Position numbers and translations under genes: made by a program. From contig JAQGDQ010000012.1 of the NCBI GenBank assembly GCA_030141605.1, forward strand, positions 1,258,359 to 1,322,358: a DNA stretch of 64,000 nt, written 5' to 3'. This document shows positions 53,440 to 64,000 of this stretch, one piece after another (the first letter of the stretch is position 1; every line of letters begins with the position of its first letter). The notes beneath the pieces were generated by a model. That model ran no database searches, was not told where the DNA came from, and saw only the letters and a program-made list of their open reading frames with translations. The DNA comes from Tubiluchus corallicola (taxonomy: Eukaryota; Animalia; Priapulida).

Positions 53440-55320
53440 TTCAAACTAAGTCTTTAATTCTGACATTCCGGGAATATGAGGGCGTTTTGCCCTCTTCGTT
53501 GCTCTATAAATGTTATCTGACATCCGACTCATACAATCACCTACATTAATACAATCTGGTTCAACAGCTACAATACTGCCATCCAAATGTTGCAAAAATC
53601 TGTTGGTGTCAATCTCAGAATAGCAGATTGGTTTTTTAAGCATAACATGGCTGATTTGCTTTCATACAGGGTATCCCCAAACTCGAAGCACGAAGCCACA
53701 CATCTCTAATGTCTCTACTGCTAGTAGTATTACCGCTCATTTGCACACAAACTGGACTGTGGTCTGACTGAAAAGCATCGCCGTCTAGCCTTGTGAGTGC
53801 ATACACTTGGCACTAAAAATTTATGACATATTACATGATCAATTTCCGAAATAAAACGATTTCTTCGTTTGAAAGTCAAATCAGTTCTAAAAATTTGACC
53901 GCTTACAGCAAGGTTATTCAAGATTACCATCTCATTATCGTAGCGTAAGTCTCTCAGAATTTTGCCGGACAGGTTGGACACCTTATCTCCACTGGATCTG
54001 TAAAATGCATTTTTCAACTGATGAGTTGACAGTGATGTATAATCTCCTATACGAGCATTTAAAAACCCAACAGCAAGATTGTAAAATTGAGAATTTGTTG
54101 GAGGTACATACATACCCATATACAACATTTGGAAACGTGTGAATTTCTATCCGTATCCAGTTATCATTATCATAAATGACCTGTTTACAGTTCGAAGCCA
54201 GTTTGTTGTTAACAAAAAGAGACCCATGCCGCCCTAATTTGCATACCGTGTGGAGATTCTGTAAGTAGTGAACCCAGATGAACTAAAATCAACAATACAT
54301 TTAAATTCCGTTATAAATACTAAATTACATTGAGATAAATGTTTTGCAAAACACAGTTCTCTAATTTGTCTTTTGCTACTAGGTGATCTAGTTTTCATAG
54401 GCACGAAAACGTTTGGGCCTGGGTGGGTGAAATTTATCAACAACAACCTTGCCAACATACAACTTACCCTCTTTAATCTTTGCATCCTTTCCCACATTGT
54501 CAGGCTTCTCCTTCTTTGCTCTCGTTGCATCACGAAGTCTGGACTATTCTTCTTGGACAAGTGGGTGCATATCTTTCTTTATAAAAATCTTTCCAAAATC
54601 GCCATTGTGCTTGAGATTATTTTTTTCTCCAGAATTCGTTTGCATACTTCAGATTTCTTGAAAGTAAGCATTATTGGATGCGGCTTTTTGGACTTTTTCC
54701 TAATACGCTTGACTTTGACTTGAGGTTCTTGACTTTTCACACCACATACATATAAAATATGCTCGATTTTTGCCTCCTCCGTTTCTCCTCCAGCGAACTC
54801 TGCTTCCTCGGGCACACCATACACCATAAAAGTTTTGTCCATTTCTCTCTTATATAATCGATCCAAATAGCATTGTTGCATCTCCACTGTCTGTGTGTTA
54901 AATTTTCAATAGTTTCGCTCAACTGCTCGTTCTCGGCTTTTATTTTCTTATAATTTTCTAACAGTGTAGATATGTTCAGTCGAATGGGCTGTACCATCGC
55001 TTCCAAATTTCTCTTCATATTTTTCACGTACTGATTCATCTGTTCCGAGATAATATTACTTATATTAGACATAAAACCGTGGAATGCGCTCGGACTCATA
55101 CTTCCAATGCATGTAGTATTTTCTGCCTGGTACACTTTTTTAAGGCACGTTTCTTCCCCTACTAAGGAATTTTTACCAGAATTTTCACTTACAGACTGAC
55201 TGTTGCATGCCTCTTTGTAACACAGCTTACATTGTTTTTGACCCTTTTCTCTTAAACATATAGAATCTTATCGAACTTTAGTACTTTTACATGTTGTACA
55301 ACTTTTTTTCCAGCCATAAT
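53440..55320 (-). mobile_element. Decayed LINE: ORF1 plus APE endonuclease, RT missing
   Basis: ORF1: coiled coil, FMVYGVPEE, KRIRKK..PHPIMLTF. Endonuclease: LVFITE, MYVPP, GFLNARIG, NLSGKIL, LTF..IDH. Confidence 0.85.
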
Positions 55321-55899
55321 TTCAGTTTAAGTACACTGTATCAATATCAGCACGACTGTAGCACACATCTGCACTCTATGAAACCTCTTCTATTACATGA
55401 ATTGCTTGGATGAAATTCATCATTAATGATACCGTGCACTTTCTTTGCGGCACTTATTTCACGCAAGTGTCCCATAGGTCGTTGTTCAGTTCCAATAATA
55501 TTTCAAGACGACAAGAGCTCAATTCGTCATTAATGATACCTTGCGCTTTTCTTTGCGACACTTTTTTCATGCAAGTGTGTAATAGGTTGTTGTTAAGTTC
55601 CCATAATTTTTCAGGGCCACAAGAACATACTGATCAAGAGCATAGCCGTCCCCTGCTGTTGTCATCGTCTTGTTCTCGTGTGGGTAGTATGGTGTGGATT
55701 AATTATCCTTCGTGTAGCGTGAATGGTATGGTATGGATTGTCAGACTATGTGCACTTTTCTCTCTTGTTGGCAGTAACTCTGAAACTACGAGATATTTTT
55801 AATTTTTTAGAGAATGACATAGAACTAGATAATTTCAAGGTGTCAACGTCACGTCTACTCTTAGACATTGGGTACCTCCCGAAGTGAAGTACACTGCAC

Positions 55900-56200
55900 A
55901 AGAAGTGTTAAAGAAGTTAATGTGAAAATTAGTGAAAAATATCTTGGACTTACACTTTCGAATGATTATACTTGCGATGCAGATATTATTGTTAATCAAA
56001 CTAGAATGTTTTATGTCAGGGCTGCATCTAAATTCAACGCAAATTATGTATATATTTTACTATGACTTATAATTGTAAATATGTCTTTTATCTTGTAATG
56101 TATGCTCTTGTATATGGTTACTTTGTATACTGAAATTATGATATAAATAAAAAGTGGCACTTTTTACACTGAAATAAAGATATAAATAAAATAAATAAAT
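55900..56200 (+). mobile_element. LINE 3' fragment with A-rich tail
   Basis: EKYLGLTLSND..DADI..QTRMFYVRA followed by an aataaa/(taaa)n tail. Confidence 0.6.
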
Positions 56201-56689
56201 TGTTTTATTTAACATTTAAAAGGAGTTGATTTTATAAATTTTTGGATGAAGGTAAATAACAGCCATACCCTTTATATGGGCGAAAAGAGCAATTTTTATC
56301 TTGCTAACATCCGTGGTGATTTTCCACTTGTTTACCAAGATTTAGATTTTAACATAATAGAAATTTTGCAAGGGCTTTCAGGCAAATTTTTAGTTCAATA
56401 CAACAAATTTGTATCAATCGCTTATGTATCCTGATGAAAACTAGTTACATTAGTGGCTCCAAAATGGACCCTCATAGGACATCTGGACGTCTAGGCCTGG
56501 TTTTATAGGTTTTGTATGAGCCTTTTCAGCTCTCTTTATTCAAGATAGCTTTCAACAATATCAAACTGTCTTGAACACAGCAGGCAGTGGATACTTGGTG
56601 AAAAGTTGGGATGCAGACACAGTGTAGACTTTATCAACGCCACTTGAGTGGTGATTACTTCAATAGTATGTTTAAGTACTGAGATGTAC

Positions 56690-57010
56690 AAGTGCTACCT
56701 TCCTACTTACCTATGCAGGAGTGCTACCTTCCTACTTACCTATCTGTGTACCTAGCTATCTACTTATTCCTACCTGCAGTAACACCTGGAGGTCTACTTA
56801 AAGTAGTGCTTAAGTCTACTTTAATATCTACTTGCAATCTCTCTTACCTAACCAACCAACGTACCTACCTACTTACCTACCTATCTACCTACCTGCCCAC
56901 CTGCCTACATACCGACCCACATGCATGCATACATACAGACACACACATACACGCACACACACACACACACACACACATACACGCACAAACACATGCGCAC
57001 ACACACACGT

Positions 57011-57079
<69 letters not shown>

Positions 57080-57150
57080 TACATATCTATCTATCTACCG
57101 CACCCTCTCCCCACCTACCTAATTACCTACCTGCTTGCCAACTCACCTAC
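56690..57150. repeat. (CTAC)n-like and (CA)n microsatellite block
   Basis: Direct reading; source of the spurious His/Thr and Val/Cys ORFs. Confidence 0.95.
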
Positions 57151-57486
57151 CCAAAACTGTTTAGACACGTGACAGCAAGGATTTTGAACACAAAGTATGA
57201 ATGCACAGTTCTGATGTCTTCAGTTCCATTATGTTATACATTCTATGCTGTTCCATTCTGTACTGTTCAATACTGTACTGCACTGTTCATTTGTGATCTA
57301 TTTTGTTCCATTCCATTTAGTTTACTGTATTCTTTTCTGTTCTATTGTAAATAAATATGCAAGTCGGCAAGAATACATTTATTAAATTTCACAATTAGGT
57401 AATTATTTGATAATTGTACAATTATTAATTAATTACCTACAGATATTTTGTTATTTGTTTGTCAGTAAGACAGTCTATTAGCTAGC

Positions 57487-57675
57487 TGCCAAAATGTCCA
57501 CTGCCCAATTGTCCACTCCCAAATGTTCACTGCCCAAGTATTCATTGCCCAAATGTCCCACTCCTCAAGTGTCCACTGTCCAAATGTCTACTGGTCAAAT
57601 GTCCATTGCTCAAGTGTTCACTGCTCAAGTGCCACTAGTCAAGTGTCCATTGTCCATAAGTATGCTGCCCAAGTG
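57487..57675. repeat. ~15-bp minisatellite (aaatgtccactgccc)
   Basis: About 12 degenerate tandem units. Confidence 0.9.
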
Positions 57676-58510
57676 ATCGTGATGGTTACGACGAGTCTGC
57701 TCGTCATATGGACAATTAATGAGGATTGTTCTTTTTAAAATAAAGAAACCTTACCCAGAAGGCTGTACTGCAAGAAAGAATGGGTCTACAACAAGGAACG
57801 GAATATAAAACTAGCATAATTACTATGGATTTGATTCACGAATTTGTTCCCTCGGCCTGTCGTATTACAGTACATACATTGAGTTGAGTCATTCATTAAA
57901 ATGAGATTGAAGTATTTTAAACATCAGATTATTAAAAAGTTTCATTCGTTTTTTTAGAATTTTTATTAAGAAACATTTAGTTGAAGATATTCAACTGCTC
58001 AGCAGTCTCTTATGCTCTTTCTTAACGATGTCCATGTGCTATTAGATAAACCACTGTTTGTACAATCATACAAATGACTGAACAGCCATGCATTTACAAA
58101 GTGTTTATATCAGGCGAACCTTCGTTTATTTTAACTGCAACTTCTTACAGCTTTGGTTTCTCGCCGCACAACTCGTAAAAATCGTACAGCTACTGAACAT
58201 TAAGCCATGTTGAACTGGTGTTATTGCTACTATATTTAGGCCAGAGATAGACAAAGACAACCAAACGTTCCTTAAAATTTGAATAGTAAATCAAACCCTG
58301 TAGATTTAAGATGCACTTTTGTAATAAGATATTTGTAAATATTTCATGTGCTCCTCGTTCTTTGCTTTAGAGAAAAGTAAACTTCTGACAGTGCGTCTTT
58401 TCATTTTTACAATATTTGGAACAGGATTCCTAACCATTTCCGTATACTTTAACTCGAATATGTGTCATCGTGAGAGGAAACATTGTATTTATTGTTTAGC
58501 AAGCAGATTT

Positions 58511-58572
58511 GTAATAATAATAATAATAATAAGAAGAAGAAGAAGAAGAAGAACAACAACAACAATAATAAT
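58511..58572. repeat. (AAT)(AAG)(AAC) microsatellite
   Basis: Direct reading. Confidence 0.9.
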
Positions 58573-59265
58573 TAATATTTGTTATTCCTTCTGACTAGGA
58601 TAGAGTCACGATGCATGAACATGTGTGTCACTACCTGCTGCCCTCGCACCAAGACAATTTTGCCAAATTTAATTAGGTTAATAGATCACTTGTTTAGCAG
58701 ATGATACCAGTCTTACAAAGTTCATTTTTACGATGTGAAACAGCTTAGTATAATGCGTATCCACTTTCCAAAGGTGGAAACATAAAACTCAACCCGGAAT
58801 CGCTCAGCGCAATTTATCAAATGCTTCATCTGAAAATGGAAACTCCATAAAATTATAAACAGTGTTAAGATCTGCTGTGTACTGCTATAGTACTGGCCTA
58901 TTATACCTGTAAAATAAATTAAACATGAACAGAATAAAATAAAATCAGACGAACAGACATTTATGTAGATTTAATATTGTAAACGAGGAAATTTGCTTTG
59001 AAAATACAGGAGTTAAAATACATTCCGCAATGTACCACAAGGTGGATACAATAATCATCGTCATCATCATTATTATTATCATCGTCACCCGATCACCATT
59101 ATTATCATCACCTTCGCCGTCGTTTTAATTTAAAATGTTGAAAAAAGAAATGAGCAAATAGGCTTCCTTAGATTAAAGTATTTATTATTATCATTATTGC
59201 TATAAAATACAATAAAGTATACTATATATTTAACCGTTTTGGTTTAGTAGAAATTCGAATTCATC

Positions 59266-60877
59266 TTATTCGATATACTTGTCTGTGTAGTAATACTCCT
59301 CACTGCTATGGTAGTATGAGTCATTGTTCTCATGTTCACTGTCAGCATAGTACTCGCTATCGCCATCATTGTCATATCCACTGTCGTCATAATATTCGTC
59401 ATAATCTTCATCGTACCAGTCATCAGCACCGTCTTTACTTTCGTAATTATTATAATCGCGTTGCTGCCACCTAGGTAGATAGTCTTCATTGTTCATCACA
59501 GTCTGACCTTCAAGCAATGATTGAAGTTCTTGCCTATTTGAACTATCTCTTGTTTTAGATAGTGACTGTTTGGCTTCCTTGTCTGAGTACCAGAAATCTG
59601 GTAAGGGAATTGAGTGGTCAGCAGTTTCATTAATCTTGTGTGCGACAGCACAACGCACCATCTTGTCCTGACAAAGGCTGTAATAAAATAAGCACCAATG
59701 TCAATAGTAACTAATGTTAACACGATCAAAACTCAAATGTCGGACTTACCAGTGAAAAAATATTTTTTATGCAGATTGCTTCACTAGCCACTGGAAGTAA
59801 GCAGGGATTATAGCAGGAAAAAATTCCTCAAGAACCAGTTTTGAATTTATTTTCGTCTTTATTTTCCTTTTCTTTGTATGCTTGTCCCTCGTGAATGCCG
59901 TATTTTGCTTTTAATGTAATTAACTCACATTATGTTTGATAGCGTAAGAATGTCTGTTTCAATTTTTACGATATTTCAAATTTTCCTTTAATGATTATAT
60001 CATTTTTGTGATGAGTGAAATAATTGAAACTTGATGAAAATTCGTTTCTGACAGATTAATTCGTAATTTTAACTTCAAGATTATTAACCAGTGATAAAAT
60101 GAACCTATAATTATTAAAAATAGAAACTAAACGTGACCAGAAAAGGGATTGTGAAGAAGTCCGGGGGCTAATATTATGACTGCTAGACTATTAACCTTAA
60201 GATTGGTCCTAGTGGCTTGGTGAATTATCGTACTGTATGTGGGCTGTGTGCTCTAGCTGCACATGCATCTCTTGCATATAAGGGACTGTGAGGTCTAATA
60301 GTTAGATCTTCTGGTTAAAATCTACACTCCATCCCATTTCATCTTGTTTGTTCCATCTTAAGTCATTACTATTCTTACCACTCAAGCAGGATGTTCACTT
60401 GGAGTACTGGTTAACATGCTTTCATGCTTTTTTTGGCAATGGTCACTGGTCAGTATAAAGGGAATTAACGCCAGCCTTATCGTAGAGGTGTAAATGAAAG
60501 TTTTACATATAAAACTTCATGAATATTAATATGGGCCATAATTGTTCAGTGTTTCATTAACAGTTAGTGGTGATCTATTAATCTGATTAAAAAGTTGGTT
60601 TGTACCTAAATCCTATTGGGATGCATTTTTTAAATATATAATTAGTGTTATCAGTTATACTTTGTTAGCTAACTAATTTAGTACTATTTAAAAGTAAGTG
60701 ACTATTTCTGGTGCCTGGATAAGAGAGGAATGAACCTAAACGCGTAGAAATGTATATAAAACCAGTGTTACCCATAATGAAGCTACAAACATTGAGTCCA
60801 GCTTACGGCAACATGCACTCACAGTGGGATAAATAAATAGCCCAAGTGTTCCAGATAATGGTCCGTCTGTTAAGCAT
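59266..60877 (-). CDS. Hypothetical 165-aa protein with Asp/Glu/Tyr-rich C-terminus (3 exons: 60877-60823, 59790-59750, 59667-59266)
   Basis: aaaATG start, donors CT|GTGAGT and TG|GTAAGT, acceptors cttacttccag and cctttgtcag, all phases compatible. The last exon is the 131-aa ORF 59266-59661 plus 2 codons. AATAAA lies on the - strand at 59181-59186. No family recognised. Confidence 0.55.
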
Positions 60878-61127
60878 TTTATTTCTTTGGCCAAATGTTT
60901 GCCATGTCTGTAATTTTTACAGCTGAAGTGACGGCTGAATCTGCTCAGACACATCTCAGTATAAGCGTGAGATGGCAGGTAAATGTGAAATGGCAAAAAC
61001 ATTTGCTATTTTTTGAGTACACAACTAACTGAACTTTTGAGCACTATTTACAGGGCAACTAGTCACTCAAGGTAAGGAGTTACAGTAAAAAGGTTTAAGG
61101 TATGAAAATATGTTCACCGAGGTGCGC

Positions 61128-61262
61128 AGTAAAAGTGGCACAGGAAAAATGGCACGATAAAAATGGCACAGGAAAAAATGGTACAAGGGCAAAAGTAGGT
61201 AAATATGGCACAGCAAAAAGTGGCACAGTACAAATGGCACAAGTAAAAATGGCACAAGGGGC
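61128..61262. repeat. ~15-bp minisatellite (aaaaatggcacaggt)
   Basis: About 8 degenerate tandem units. Confidence 0.9.
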
Positions 61263-62099
61263 ATTTTGATGCAGTTGACTTCTATAGTAAAACTAGAATG
61301 CGCTCAGTGGGAAGCCGAACAATCCTAAAGTTATTCATCTGATTCTTTTGATTAAAAAATTTAACACAAAGATAAACAAGCAAACAAAATTATATAAACT
61401 AGCAAAAGACTCACAAAATATATTCATTAAATAAATTTATAATTAATAATCCACGAATATTACACATAGTGTTTATCTACCTTGACGATTGTAATAGACT
61501 GACATATATACGTATTACATACCAAGTCACGTTGTAAGGCTATATACATGTACATTAATAAGCCCTTGCTACAGACAGCCTTACACAGTTTTCCGAATGA
61601 GAAATTCTCGAAATGGAAACTGGAACTAACTGGTACCTGCTTGTCCTGGTGGAGATAATAAAAAAGAAGTACTAAACACTCTCTATGAAACCCCCACGAA
61701 GTGATTCGTAAATGTTTTTGTATTTACCTTTTTACATTTATTCTCGGACAGAAATTGCAAAGTACCTACCAGAGATGTCTCGCCTTTACAAACATTTCGC
61801 CATCTTTGTGTTTTTCGTCGCCAACGTCACAGTCATGTTCAGATTCACCTTCAGTTTGCACTTGATAGGTGTGGTAATGAACACCTGTACGTAAGCAACG
61901 AATCATAAGCAAAAACAATTTTAACTAGTGGACGTTTTTCACTGTGCTAAAACTGTGGTAAGATGCAGCTTCTGTGTCAGGAGATGCTTTAAGTGACAGC
62001 TTTTGTTTTGTATTCACGAATAAAAATGGTTTTTAAAATAATTAATAATACTCTGTGTACTTAAGTACGCTTGTGTTTGACATTAACAGTTTCAGTGAA

Positions 62100-64000
<1,901 letters not shown>

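Noticed and set aside
56692-57354. 220-aa and overlapping His/Thr- or Val/Cys-rich ORFs
   Set aside because: Translations of (CA)n/(CTAC)n microsatellite.
57487-57675. Short tandem arrays as CRISPR-like repeats
   Set aside because: No unique spacers, no cas genes, eukaryotic context.
60205-60315. tRNA/SINE-like A and B boxes
   Set aside because: Boxes are too degenerate and no cloverleaf forms; no tRNA or rRNA is supportable in the window.
57487-61262. 15-bp arrays flanking the orphan gene as termini of a Pack-MULE/foldback element
   Set aside because: The two arrays have different units and are not reverse complements; no TSD found.

Overview
AT-rich, intron-rich animal genomic DNA, probably from a protostome invertebrate (the [25 protein letters not shown] block resembles the Drosophila-type protein); there are no prokaryotic features. 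Two multi-exon + strand genes could be assembled by hand with consistent splice phases. (1) KIBRA/WWC, a Hippo pathway scaffold, with 20 coding exons at 13627-31266; its first exon (WW1) was not found and probably lies upstream of the window. (2) A 12-exon, 557-aa methylcrotonoyl-CoA carboxylase beta-like carboxyltransferase at 36765-49622, with a GC-AG intron and a diverged C-terminal domain. A third, unrecognised 3-exon gene can be built on the - strand (60877-59266); it encodes a ~165-aa putatively secreted protein with an Asp/Glu/Tyr-rich tail. The 5' introns of KIBRA are rich in TEAD/Scalloped motifs. The rest is introns, MITEs with recognisable TIRs/TSDs, decayed LINE and Academ-like transposon relics, minisatellites and microsatellites. 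All gene models and counts are manual readings and need RNA-seq and homology confirmation.
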